IMG/VR virus record: IMGVR_UViG_3300046517_000593
Location: 1-63,454 of that record
Length of the DNA: 63,454 nt
Direction: 5' to 3' (one strand)
DNA from: a virus
This document shows, piece after piece, positions 1-7,720 of this stretch. Positions within the stretch are counted from its first letter, which is position 1; each line of letters begins with the position of its first letter. The position numbers and the translations under genes are program-made. The notes beneath the pieces were generated by a model. It had not been told where the DNA came from, did no database searches, and worked only from the letters and a program-made list of their open reading frames with translations.

Positions 1-127
1 CATTTTTTATCGCGTTCCTCGATATTCGCCATGCCATGCAAATACCTAATCCACCTCTCGCCGATAACCAATGGTTCTTTGAGTTCCATTATTGGGTCTT
101 CCAGATAACCACCAGTCTCTCGAAGGC
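1..127. repeat. Terminal direct repeat, exact copy of 63328..63454 (circular-contig overlap)
   Basis: Read directly: bases 1-127 (cattttttatcgcg...ctctcgaaggc) recur exactly at 63328-63454. A length of 127 equals a common assembler k-mer. Confidence 0.95.
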
Positions 128-158
128 TCTCGCCGAGAATGCCAGGAATAATTTTCAT
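1..158 (-). CDS. 5' part of a 64-aa hypothetical ORF spanning the linearisation point (continues 63327 down to 63291)
   Basis: ATG at 158-156 overlaps the TGA of 155..607 (ATGA). Hand translation MKIIPGILGESLRETGGYLEDPIMELKEPLVIGERWIRYLHGMANIEERDKKCEAMHVLRMECL. Its TGA overlaps the ATG at 63294. Confidence 0.35.
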   Translation of the reverse strand, partial: MKIIPGILGESLRETGGYLEDPIMELKEPLVIGERWIRYLHGMANIEERDKK

Positions 159-607
159 GGCTTCACATTCTCGAATTCCCACTGGCCTTTCACCCTGCGA
201 ACTAAAACAAAATTGATGAACGGAAACAGCCGAGCCGCAACTTTGATTTTAACTTTTGCATCATCTCTAAAAAACTTTCCTTTCGTCTCCCATGCCGTAA
301 GCCCATTGCCTCCGACGGTCCACAGGTCAGGACTATATCGTGTGTCATGCCCTAGCTTGAGCGTAATATTTTGGATTCCAATCCAACCATGCCCAAGCGC
401 CCGCAGATAAGCCAAATAATCGCGCTCCAATTTATTCAGCTTCTCTTCATCTGTCGTGGCCTTGATTATCAGATTGCCTTTTGACCCCTCAGAAACGACC
501 GACTGCGCTACTTTCTTTATCGGATCTTCGTCAAGACAGCTTAAGCGCTCCACGGTGGCACTCATGCCGTATTTTGCCTTAACCTTGATTAGTTCTTCGC
601 GAGTCAT
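155..607 (-). CDS. PD-(D/E)XK nuclease, DUF1064-like (putative Holliday-junction resolvase type)
   Basis: 150 aa. Motif YSPDLWTV...LTAWETKG fits D...E-x-K. Preceded by an E..YL..L helix as in DUF1064 proteins. Confidence 0.6.
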   Translation of the reverse strand: MTREELIKVKAKYGMSATVERLSCLDEDPIKKVAQSVVSEGSKGNLIIKATTDEEKLNKLERDYLAYLRALGHGWIGIQNITLKLGHDTRYSPDLWTVGGNGLTAWETKGKFFRDDAKVKIKVAARLFPFINFVLVRRVKGQWEFENVKP

Positions 608-858
608 TCAAGTTCCCCAGTTCCCTTATTTTTCCAAAAGGTATCCGCGTCTATTTCAGACCACCAAAGCAATCTGTAATCCTGAAGATTGTTGCCAGGT
701 AACTTAGAACGAACTCGCGCAGTAGTCCTCTGAATGATGAGGAAGTCAATAGGATGATTTCCTTCCCAAATCACATTCTCAATAAGATTCTCTCGCACTC
801 TCGGAAGTTCCCACCATTCAAAAACTATGAACCAATATTTCATTCTGATTTCCCCCAA
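604..858 (-). CDS. hypothetical protein
   Basis: 84-aa ORF with a 4-nt overlap with the downstream gene. Confidence 0.55.
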   Translation of the reverse strand: MGEIRMKYWFIVFEWWELPRVRENLIENVIWEGNHPIDFLIIQRTTARVRSKLPGNNLQDYRLLWWSEIDADTFWKNKGTGELE

Positions 859-1232
859 TCGCCCGGCAATGCAAGCAGACGAATCAATCTATCGCCGATG
901 CGACACATCTCTTTACGAGCCTGGTTTGGATTCCGGTGCACCCATGCATGACAGTCGCGACACATCGGAATCCACCATCGCGCATCATTCAAAAGTTTTC
1001 CCGTTCTTCCGCGACTGTGATGAACTTCTGTCGCCTTCAGTCCACATTCAAAAGCGCATCTTCTTCCGACCAGGTAAATATCAACCAAGTCTCGATAAAT
1101 TCTTCGCTCCTTAGCTAACTTCGCCGTAATCCTTCGCACTGGCTTCTTTACTTTAGATTGCTTCAATCCACCGTTCGGGATTCGCCCGTGGCCTTGTTCG
1201 GCAAGCTGAGTCCAAAGTGCCTTAGCGCCCAT
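840..1232 (-). CDS. HNH-type endonuclease-like protein (NinG/Rap-like Cys/His pattern)
   Basis: ATG at 1232 is preceded by AAAGGAGAA. Motif EVHHSRGRTGKLLND..W.PMCRDCHAWVH. Confidence 0.5.
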   Translation of the reverse strand: MGAKALWTQLAEQGHGRIPNGGLKQSKVKKPVRRITAKLAKERRIYRDLVDIYLVGRRCAFECGLKATEVHHSRGRTGKLLNDARWWIPMCRDCHAWVHRNPNQARKEMCRIGDRLIRLLALPGDWGKSE

Positions 1233-1422
1233 CGTATTCTCCTTTCTTCGCACCTCTGTCCAAAGCGTCGTTCAGCATCGCGCAGATTTCTTCGGCTTCT
1301 TCCAAATACGAGTAGCTGGTTGCGCTTGCCACCTCGTCAGGGTCGATAATGAAATACATTTTACCGGCTCCACACGAAACGCATCCCGGCTTGTCAACTT
1401 CGACTCGATAACGCTTTTCCAT
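1222..1422 (-). CDS. hypothetical small protein
   Basis: 66 aa. ATG is preceded by AGGAAAGGA. Confidence 0.55.
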   Translation of the reverse strand: MEKRYRVEVDKPGCVSCGAGKMYFIIDPDEVASATSYSYLEEAEEICAMLNDALDRGAKKGEYDGR

Positions 1423-1687
1423 TTTTCCTTTCCTGCTCCAACATTCGTTGAATCATTTGGTCTGCGAATTCTAATTTTGCGCTGAGAATGTGCCAGCACT
1501 GAAGGTGCTTGCCTTGAAACCCGTCCTCAAGTTTTGGCTGCATCCTGAATCTGAATTGCGGACAATCGCACTGACCATTTCCTCGATAAGCAAAAACGTC
1601 GATGAGATATTTCTTGCCCGGTTCGGTTCGACTGAACACGTAGCACCGGCCAGTCTCGCCGATGATAGGTTGAATGATTGGATTCAC
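1394..1687 (-). CDS. SWIM zinc-finger protein
   Basis: CDCPQF...(x21)...CWH matches the CxCx(n)CxH SWIM pattern. GTG at 1687 overlaps the upstream TGA (GTGA), which is preferred over the TTG at 1765. Confidence 0.6.
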   Translation of the reverse strand: MNPIIQPIIGETGRCYVFSRTEPGKKYLIDVFAYRGNGQCDCPQFRFRMQPKLEDGFQGKHLQCWHILSAKLEFADQMIQRMLEQERKNGKALSSRS

Positions 1688-1914
1688 TCGTGAATGATTG
1701 CCATGAACGCCAGCATCAATGCCATTACCGAAAGCACTATTGAACCTGCCGATAACCAAATACAAATTTCGAGAGTGCGTTTGAGTTCGGAAAGCTCGTT
1801 TTCTTTTTCGTGCATTTTCATTCGTCGTCTATGGTTTCGATAATCACATTCGCAGTAACCGCACAACTTTTCTCCGGGTTCAACTTCACATTGACAACGC
1901 TCGCAAGTTTTCAT
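1684..1914 (-). CDS. small zinc-ribbon protein with C-terminal TM helix
   Basis: CERCQC..x..CGYCEC at the N-terminus and a hydrophobic ICIWLSAGSIVLSVMALMLAFMAII tail. ATGA overlap upstream. Confidence 0.6.
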   Translation of the reverse strand: MKTCERCQCEVEPGEKLCGYCECDYRNHRRRMKMHEKENELSELKRTLEICIWLSAGSIVLSVMALMLAFMAIIHE

Positions 1915-2543
1915 CTGAATTGAGCCATCGCTTGCTCGTAAGCTTCCTTCAATCTCGAAAATCCTTCAGCACTTCCACCCGCATCAGGATGAAGCTTCTT
2001 GGCTAGTTCCTTGTAAGAGAATTCAATAAGTGGCCTTCTGGAATCCGGCTGAACATTCAAAACCTCCCACCATGAAGGTCCACCGCACTTCTCAGGTATA
2101 GCAAGATAACCTCGAAAGCTCTGCTCGTAATTCGTGCAGCCCCACCGCTCGCGTGCTCGTTGAGCTTCCAAATCCTTCGCGATGGCATACAGGTTATCGG
2201 AAGTTTTTTTCCACTTGTCACAACTGACCACAATCGGACGTTCAATGATTTTTCCATTCCGATTGATGCGAAGCGTGAAGTAAACGGCTACTCCAGTATC
2301 CTCTGGCTCCTTCTGGTTCCCATATGGGTCACCATTGCGTTTCAATTCGAGATTGCTCGAAATGATTACGCTCTCATCATCGTGATTATACCAGCGGTCA
2401 TTCAGACGATTTATCTCTGCTCTCACGAAGCTGGCTGCGACCGCCAATGACCGCTCATCAAATCTCGGATTACCTCGAAGGTGAGGCGCGGTCCTAGGCA
2501 CTGAGTCAGGCCAGCATAGCGGGTTTCTAGTGATTTCATTCAT
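1911..2543 (-). CDS. J-domain (DnaJ-like) protein
   Basis: C-terminal WWEVLNV...YKELAKKLHPDAGGS...LKEAYEQA contains the HPD tripeptide. The N-terminal 150 aa are of unknown function. Confidence 0.7.
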   Translation of the reverse strand: MNEITRNPLCWPDSVPRTAPHLRGNPRFDERSLAVAASFVRAEINRLNDRWYNHDDESVIISSNLELKRNGDPYGNQKEPEDTGVAVYFTLRINRNGKIIERPIVVSCDKWKKTSDNLYAIAKDLEAQRARERWGCTNYEQSFRGYLAIPEKCGGPSWWEVLNVQPDSRRPLIEFSYKELAKKLHPDAGGSAEGFSRLKEAYEQAMAQFR

Positions 2544-2558
2544 GCGCTTTTTTCTCCC

Positions 2559-2876
2559 TTAATCATCCGATATATCCGTGCTTCCACCGTCCGCCTCCAC
2601 CTTCAAATTCTCCTTACCGGGAACGATGCGCACAAGCTTCTCGTCCTCGCACCGATAACGGTCAAGCTTGTGCTCCTTCATCGCACTCAAAAGAATCCCC
2701 TTGTTCTCAACCTCCTCTTCAGTCAGCGCCATTCGCTTGTCACGCACCCGAACGTAATCTTCAGCCGCTGCCTCAATGTCTTCGAATTTCTCACGCTCAA
2801 CGCCAGGCAACTCGACCTGCTTTGTTTTTGGTGTCTCCTGAGTTTGTTCTTTTTTTGCTTTTTGTTTTTTAGCCAT
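2559..2876 (-). CDS. hypothetical Lys/Glu-rich protein
   Basis: Start trimmed to the ATG at 2876 (MAKKQKAKKEQ...). The longer ORF to 2975 would read through the tRNA-like element. Confidence 0.5.
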   Translation of the reverse strand: MAKKQKAKKEQTQETPKTKQVELPGVEREKFEDIEAAAEDYVRVRDKRMALTEEEVENKGILLSAMKEHKLDRYRCEDEKLVRIVPGKENLKVEADGGSTDISDD

Positions 2877-2900
2877 AATTGGTTTTGTGTTTACTGACAT

Positions 2901-3029
2901 CGGTGAGCATGACGGGAATCGAACCCGCAACCTTGTGTTGCTCTGGGTATTACCCGGAGTAAGGCGCACAGCCAAGAGAGTTTCCGGTCACTCTTGCACA
3001 TCACGGCAATTTCCATTGCTTTCATGCTC
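2901..3029 (-). ncRNA. tRNA-like element (canonical T-arm plus 7-8 bp acceptor helix, about 127 nt, non-canonical core)
   Basis: Minus strand reads GCGGG-TTCGATT-CCCGT, then CATGCTC-A-CCG. The acceptor partner GAGCATG lies about 120 nt upstream (3023-3029). A D-arm-like GCAA-TGGAAA-TTGC is present, but no clean anticodon arm was found by eye. Confidence 0.35.
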
Positions 3030-3058
3030 ATCTAAATTCATATACCAACTGCAATTTT

Positions 3059-4786
3059 TCATTCTGCAATCTTGCTCCTCTCCGTTATCTTCATACGCGC
3101 TCCGTCAAAATTACATTCCACGGTTAAACCTGTCGCTCCTCTTGTGTTTTTGAGAACCCGAATAATCAATGTCTCAGGTTCGGGGCGCCACATCCCAAGC
3201 ACCAACTGACTCGACTGCTCTATTGATCCCGAGTCCTTAGCGTCGTGGAGTCTGACTTCGATATCCTTTTTCTTTTTGTCTGGCCTGGCAACTTGAGAAC
3301 CCATAAAGCAAATCGTATTTGTTCGAACAGCCATAATTTTCATTTTTTCGGCTGCGTCGCTCACTTTTTCGTATCGACTTCTGCCCGATGATTCACTCAC
3401 AAGCCCGATGTAATCCACCTCGACAACTTTCGGCCGCATTCCAAATTTCAACTCGCTGCGATTAATATATTCCTCCATGCGCTCAACGCCGATGCCTGTT
3501 TCGTTGCACACGAGTATATGATGGTTCCCGCGATAATTAAGCCATCTTGGAGTCAAATCGCTTCGATAGGCCTGCTCTACTTCTTCTCCAGTTGAATTCG
3601 TTTCCATTTGAACGAATCTTTCGAACATTAATTCAATAGGTAATTCGAGTTCAAAAAACAAAGTAGGTAATGGCTTTGCAGCGCGAGCTATTGACTGTAG
3701 CAGACAACTTTTACCCTGCCCCGTATCTCCTATGATAGTCACCAATTCTCCTGGAATGAGCGACCGAATCTTTCCGAAGGAAGGAAATAATCTCCCCAAA
3801 TTAAACACATAAGTAGCTGCCTCTGGAGAATAGAATCGAATGGATGCCTCCTCCATTTCTTTGATGGTGTATATAGGAAGCGGCTTCAGAACATGAGCCA
3901 TTTTGCTAATCAAATCACGCAATGCCTTAGCCGCATCTTCTGGTTTCTGAAACGTCGCTATGAAATCGCTCGCATCTTTTCCTGTGGGAAGCGTCACGAC
4001 CTTAATCGAATTCGCCTTTGTCCCAAGCGATTCAACGACCATCTCAGCATGGTCACGTCCAGGCTTGTCATTATCCGGTATGATGATGATGTCTTTTTCA
4101 GCCAAAAAATCAGAGTAAGCCGACAACCATTTACCGGCGCCTCCGACATTGCAGGTCGCCACGAATCCGAGCGAAACGAGATTATCGCAATCCTTCTCCC
4201 CTTCACAAATAAAGCACTCCGTCGCATTCAGAACTTCCGGCAATCGGTAAAGGTATCTCGTTTGCCCTTCCATATTCCAAAGCCATCCATCATTCCCGTC
4301 CGGCCTACGCTGGCGAAAATCTTTTGGCTCAAGCCTGACAGTTTGATAAACTATGCGCCCTCGCTCGTCGGTATAATCGTAAGTCTTGACGATTTTCGGT
4401 TTGGTGTTTGGCGAAGGATTTGAACCTTCTTTTGGTGTCCTCAGCGTTCCTTCCGAGTTCCGGGCTTCGCGCCCTGCGCCAAACTTAATGGGATCATTTG
4501 ATCCATTTAATTTTTCTGCCAATTCTTTGTAAACCGACTTCGCATCACGCCCGCTCTCAATGGCCATCCAGTCGATTACGCTGCCGCCTGTCTCGCAATC
4601 ATTACACCTAAAAATCCCTTCGCTCACCTTAACGCTGACGCACCAGTGGTCTTTCCTGTGTTGGACTGCCGGGCACCGGTTTCCTTTAAGCTGGTCGCCA
4701 GCACCTCGAAGCTTAATCCCTTGCTGCTCCAGATGCCGAATCAGCGGATGAGCAGCTATGATTTGTTCGCGTGTTACTTCGCTCAT
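3059..4786 (-). CDS. bifunctional DNA primase/helicase (T7 gp4-like: CHC2 zinc finger, Toprim, DnaB-like ATPase)
   Basis: CPAVQHRKDHW...FRCNDCETGGSVIDW (CHC2). CEGEKDCD...IIIIPDNDKPGRDHA (Toprim). GDTGQGKSCLL (Walker A). VDYIGLV (Walker B-like). Confidence 0.85.
   Translation of the reverse strand: MSEVTREQIIAAHPLIRHLEQQGIKLRGAGDQLKGNRCPAVQHRKDHWCVSVKVSEGIFRCNDCETGGSVIDWMAIESGRDAKSVYKELAEKLNGSNDPIKFGAGREARNSEGTLRTPKEGSNPSPNTKPKIVKTYDYTDERGRIVYQTVRLEPKDFRQRRPDGNDGWLWNMEGQTRYLYRLPEVLNATECFICEGEKDCDNLVSLGFVATCNVGGAGKWLSAYSDFLAEKDIIIIPDNDKPGRDHAEMVVESLGTKANSIKVVTLPTGKDASDFIATFQKPEDAAKALRDLISKMAHVLKPLPIYTIKEMEEASIRFYSPEAATYVFNLGRLFPSFGKIRSLIPGELVTIIGDTGQGKSCLLQSIARAAKPLPTLFFELELPIELMFERFVQMETNSTGEEVEQAYRSDLTPRWLNYRGNHHILVCNETGIGVERMEEYINRSELKFGMRPKVVEVDYIGLVSESSGRSRYEKVSDAAEKMKIMAVRTNTICFMGSQVARPDKKKKDIEVRLHDAKDSGSIEQSSQLVLGMWRPEPETLIIRVLKNTRGATGLTVECNFDGARMKITERSKIAE
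4491..4504 (+). repeat. 14-bp palindrome GGATCATTTGATCC, copy 1 of 5
   Basis: Exact 14-mer inside the primase-helicase gene, read as G-S-N-D-P. Confidence 0.9.
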
Positions 4787-5034
4787 TTTCCAAACGTCCT
4801 CAATCTTAAAATTTCCTCATTCTTGATTACCCTTTCCAAGTAAATCGCAAGGTCCATTGCCTCTTCTTGTGCGTGAATCAGCCATTGCAACTGAGACAGG
4901 TCGATTCTCTCCATTGATTTACCATACTTCGCACGCCCGGCGTCTCTACGTTTTCGAATCTTCTCGATAACGGATTCTTCACATTCCTGATGATCGCCGA
5001 TGACTTGATTCTCTAATGCGCTTTTTTCACTCAT
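4783..5034 (-). CDS. hypothetical protein
   Basis: Start trimmed to the ATG at 5034 (MSEKSALENQ...). The longer N-terminus would overlap two upstream genes. Confidence 0.5.
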   Translation of the reverse strand: MSEKSALENQVIGDHQECEESVIEKIRKRRDAGRAKYGKSMERIDLSQLQWLIHAQEEAMDLAIYLERVIKNEEILRLRTFGK

Positions 5035-5039
5035 AATTT

Positions 5040-5126
5040 TTAGACCTTGTTCCTGAAGGCCCACATTGAGCCTGCGAAAAATCCAATCAAAAAACCCGAT
5101 AACCAAAGTAGAATTGCTGTAATCAT
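5040..5126 (-). CDS. 28-aa hydrophobic peptide (MITAILLWLSGFLIGFFAGSMWAFRNKV)
   Basis: ATG at 5126 is preceded by GGGGAG at a 6-nt spacing. It fits exactly between neighbouring genes and has a single TM helix. Confidence 0.4.
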   Translation of the reverse strand: MITAILLWLSGFLIGFFAGSMWAFRNKV

Positions 5127-5152
5127 ATATTGCTCCCCATTTCTTCGGCGGT

Positions 5153-5869
5153 TTAAGTTCCCTCCCAAACGTGCGGGGCGTAACCCCTTCGATACTCTGT
5201 TTTCGATGGCTGCTGGTCTCCATTTTCTTTTGGCTCGAACAATCCTTGCCATCCGGCAGCTATCGCGTTGTCGATTGCTCGAATTGCTTTCTCCGCTCCC
5301 CATTCGGCTAGCTTCTTGAGTTGACGCTCGGCTGCGAGAGGGGAAATAGGTTTCTTCCTGTGCTTCCTGTCAGTGGTCCAGTCAGTCCAAGCTTTCAAGA
5401 ATTCCTCGGTATTGAGAGCCACTGGAATTTCCTGATGATTCTTTGATGGTTTAATTACGGTTCTATTATGGTTAGTGTCAACGTGGTTGACACCCCCTGT
5501 CAACGTGGTTGACACCCCCCTGTCAACGTGGTTGACACCCCCTGTCAACGTGGTTGACACCCTTCCTACTCGGATTGAAGGCGCGCAATCATTAGCAAAA
5601 AGCGCAGCTTCTTCCTTGTCCTGAAGCACCCAATATCTATTACTCGTGCCGTTAGTTGGACAGATGCGAATCAATTTCAATTCCTCTAATTGCTGCAAGT
5701 TTTTACTTACCGACTGCCGGGAGAGATTACATTTTTCAGATAGCGTATGGGTTGATGGCCAGCAAAATCCTTCATCACTGGCATTATCGGCAAGTGCAAT
5801 AAGCAAAAGTTTCTGCGTATGTGTATCGCATTTTGTTTTCCAAGCTTGGGTAATTTTAATGACACTCAT
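5153..5869 (-). CDS. winged-helix (HTH_36-like) putative replication initiator
   Basis: ATG at 5869 is preceded by GGAGA. KLLLIALADNASDEGFCWPSTHTLSEKCNLSRQSVSKNLQQLEELKLI. The gene contains four iterons, as in lambda O. Confidence 0.6.
   Translation of the reverse strand: MSVIKITQAWKTKCDTHTQKLLLIALADNASDEGFCWPSTHTLSEKCNLSRQSVSKNLQQLEELKLIRICPTNGTSNRYWVLQDKEEAALFANDCAPSIRVGRVSTTLTGGVNHVDRGVSTTLTGGVNHVDTNHNRTVIKPSKNHQEIPVALNTEEFLKAWTDWTTDRKHRKKPISPLAAERQLKKLAEWGAEKAIRAIDNAIAAGWQGLFEPKENGDQQPSKTEYRRGYAPHVWEGT
5477..5558. repeat. four tandem iterons (putative origin of replication)
   Basis: GTCAACGTGGTTGAC at 5477, 5499, 5522 and 5544 (22/23/22-bp spacing). Each is a 6-bp inverted repeat followed by ACCCCC(C)T. 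Confidence 0.6.
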
Positions 5870-6039
5870 AGTATGGTTTCTCCGTGGAAGCCGAGCCGCA
5901 TGGGGAAATAAACGCGCCAATGGAATGGCAGAAGAACCCCTACCCGGCTCCCACGAGGAAACCACACTGAGCTACGTTTATTATTCATTTGTGACTCCGA
6001 TACGGTTGCGGAACGCATCGGTAAAAGATTTCTATTCTC

Positions 6040-6207
6040 CTACTGATTGTTTGTAAAGCGATTTTTACTCCAAATTGTTTTCGTCTGCTTCGGGCTCTTG
6101 TAGCAAAGCAGCAGGTGCAACTGCAAACCGTAAACAGTCTCGAACCGTTGGCCGCAGTAGTCGCAGGCGAAGGGTTTCAGCTTGATATACGTTAGTCTGA
6201 CTTTCAT
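6040..6207 (-). CDS. 55-aa zinc-finger-like protein (below the ORF-track cutoff)
   Basis: Hand translation MKVRLTYIKLKPFACDYCGQRFETVYGLQLHLLLCYKSPKQTKTIWSKNRFTNNQ. The ATG overlaps the upstream TGA (ATGA). C-x2-C...H-x4-C pattern. Confidence 0.45.
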   Translation of the reverse strand: MKVRLTYIKLKPFACDYCGQRFETVYGLQLHLLLCYKSPKQTKTIWSKNRFTNNQ

Positions 6208-6398
6208 TCGGCTAATGAGATTTGCTCAACGTGCGTCGAGTAACGATGTGCCTCGCGCTGAAGCTCGCGCTTGATGAGAATAATTAGAGCCAACTTGTAA
6301 GCAGCTTGGTCCAGATGGCAAGCGCAGGCCTCCAGGTGAGCATTGCAATTTGAGCAGACGAGTGGAGCGAATACGATTGGTTTAAGCTTTAGTTTCAT
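6204..6398 (-). CDS. hypothetical Cys/His-rich small protein
   Basis: 64 aa. KLKPIVFAPLVCSNCNAHLEACACHL shares the KLKP...C-x2-C...H layout with 6040..6207. Confidence 0.5.
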   Translation of the reverse strand: MKLKLKPIVFAPLVCSNCNAHLEACACHLDQAAYKLALIILIKRELQREAHRYSTHVEQISLAE

Positions 6399-6865
6399 GC
6401 CAAGTTTTCAAGAATCGATTTAAGGTCCGGCTCTTTCCATCCACGCGGCTTCATTATTTTCCCATCGCTGCGCTTAATCGGTAATCCCTCCGGCCCTAAC
6501 TTGTCCATATTCGAGCGATGCACTTCCTTGAACGCAGCATCCTTCACCTTTCGAAAACCGAGCGCAAGAAATGCACCGTCGAGCACATATTGAAGGTCGG
6601 TGAGCGCATCCAAAGTAGCCACCGGGTCTCTGAAAAATAAAGCTTTCTCTAATTCGTCAAGCTCCTCCGAGAGTAATTTCAGCCTGAGATTGTTAAGGTC
6701 AATATCAGTAACATGCGGCTTATTCGCCGTGGCTACGTAGAAGGCTTGGTGAAATTCTTCGACAAGTGAAATTGTGTTCATGGTGGTGACGGTGGATGAT
6801 TTTTGGCTGCGAGCATTAACCCGAGAAGAAAGATTACCGATACCGCGAAGTAGACTAATACACAT
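6395..6865 (-). CDS. MazG-like nucleotide pyrophosphohydrolase
   Basis: LLSEELDELEKA...DALTDLQYVLDG...FKEVHRSNMDKL...DGKIMKPRGWKEPD. The ATG at 6865 is preceded by GGGGGAAGG. Confidence 0.7.
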   Translation of the reverse strand: MCISLLRGIGNLSSRVNARSQKSSTVTTMNTISLVEEFHQAFYVATANKPHVTDIDLNNLRLKLLSEELDELEKALFFRDPVATLDALTDLQYVLDGAFLALGFRKVKDAAFKEVHRSNMDKLGPEGLPIKRSDGKIMKPRGWKEPDLKSILENLA

Positions 6866-6866
6866 T

Positions 6867-7082
6867 TCATTGGCCTTCCCCCGTGATTTTTTCCTCTAAA
6901 AATAGCGCTACCTCACCTAAATCGGCAGCCTGCAATCGCACTGAATTAGCTTCAGGAATAGCCCCTGCCCGTTCAAAAAGAATTGCATCTTTCAATGCCA
7001 AATGCTGAAACGAACGAAGTATGTGACTCACGTAACGCAATGCTGTTCGTGATGGAATGATGTTCGGTTTACGTTTTTTCAT
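6867..7082 (-). CDS. hypothetical protein
   Basis: 71 aa with an ATGA overlap upstream. Confidence 0.55.
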   Translation of the reverse strand: MKKRKPNIIPSRTALRYVSHILRSFQHLALKDAILFERAGAIPEANSVRLQAADLGEVALFLEEKITGEGQ

Positions 7083-7312
7083 TCGTGGACCTCCATCAAA
7101 ATATCAATCTGCTCATCGATAGCCAACTCGGTTCGTACCAAATCAGCCTTGAACTTTTTGGCTTTCTCTGGCATCCGGTTGCAGAGTTCGGCGCATTGGC
7201 TCTTGATGCGTTTCAAGTCCCCTCGTAACTCCTCAAGCTCAGGCCAACGTGCGTCACCTTTTTCAACAAATGCCTTCGGTCCTTCTTTCCTCAATTTTTC
7301 TAGTCGTTTCAT
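7079..7312 (-). CDS. hypothetical coiled-coil protein
   Basis: 77 aa. The ATG is preceded by GAGAGGAA. Confidence 0.6.
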   Translation of the reverse strand: MKRLEKLRKEGPKAFVEKGDARWPELEELRGDLKRIKSQCAELCNRMPEKAKKFKADLVRTELAIDEQIDILMEVHE

Positions 7313-7342
7313 ATTCCTCTCAATTTACTTTTTACTTTAGTA

Positions 7343-7386
7343 AGCCCCGCAGGCCGCTAGGTTAGAAGTCGGCCACGGGGCTTTTT
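7343..7386 (+). terminator. strong GC hairpin with a T-run in plus orientation
   Basis: AGCCCCG-CA-GGCCG-(13-nt loop)-CGGCC-A-CGGGGCT followed by TTTTA. On the minus strand it has no downstream U-run, so it could instead be a 5' UTR stabiliser of the 7312 operon. Confidence 0.5.
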
Positions 7387-7522
7387 ATACAGGTTAATTT
7401 TCGTTTTCGTTAGTGCTTCATCCGTTCCTTTCGTTGAGGGTTCGAAATAGCTGGCTCTCGTTTCGTCGCTTGGAGTCCGGGTTATCCGCTTACCTCTTCA
7501 GAAAGTAAGATGAGTTCTGTAT

Positions 7523-7651
7523 ATGGATTCCAGTTTGTTCCATCAGAAACGAGAACCAAAAAGGTTAATTGGTATCTCTGTAATCTTCACTGGTCTCTTC
7601 ACTGTGGTTGCTTTTTTTCTCCTCGCGCTACAAATCCAGCATTCTAACTGA
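7523..7651 (+). CDS. 42-aa membrane peptide, the only free-standing plus-strand ORF
   Basis: Hand translation MDSSLFHQKREPKRLIGISVIFTGLFTVVAFFLLALQIQHSN. It lies in a 410-bp gap with no minus-strand ORF longer than 19 codons, and a plus-oriented terminator follows. Confidence 0.3.
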   Translation: MDSSLFHQKREPKRLIGISVIFTGLFTVVAFFLLALQIQHSN

Positions 7652-7692
7652 CCTCTCCAGCTATGGCGTTTACGCGGGCGCTTGCAACCTCC

Positions 7693-7720
7693 AAGCTCGA
7701 AGATTAGAGCTTTCTTTTTC
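7693..7720 (+). terminator. rho-independent terminator, plus orientation
   Basis: AAGCTC-GAAGATTA-GAGCTT followed by TCTTTTTC. Convergent with the stop of 7727..8632. Confidence 0.45.

Noticed and set aside
1-127. Biological direct terminal repeat (physical genome ends)
   Set aside because: The exact length of 127 nt matches a typical de Bruijn k-mer overlap of a circularised contig, and an ORF reads smoothly across the junction. True termini cannot be inferred from the sequence alone.
2901-3029. attP core overlapping a host tRNA 3' end (integration site)
   Set aside because: No integrase or recombinase gene was recognised anywhere in the genome. In addition, the element includes both acceptor strands rather than only a tRNA 3' fragment.
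7482-7490. DnaA box-like TTATCCGCT as evidence for a second origin
   Set aside because: It is a single imperfect copy with no cluster of boxes. It is mentioned only as context for the 7313-7726 gap.
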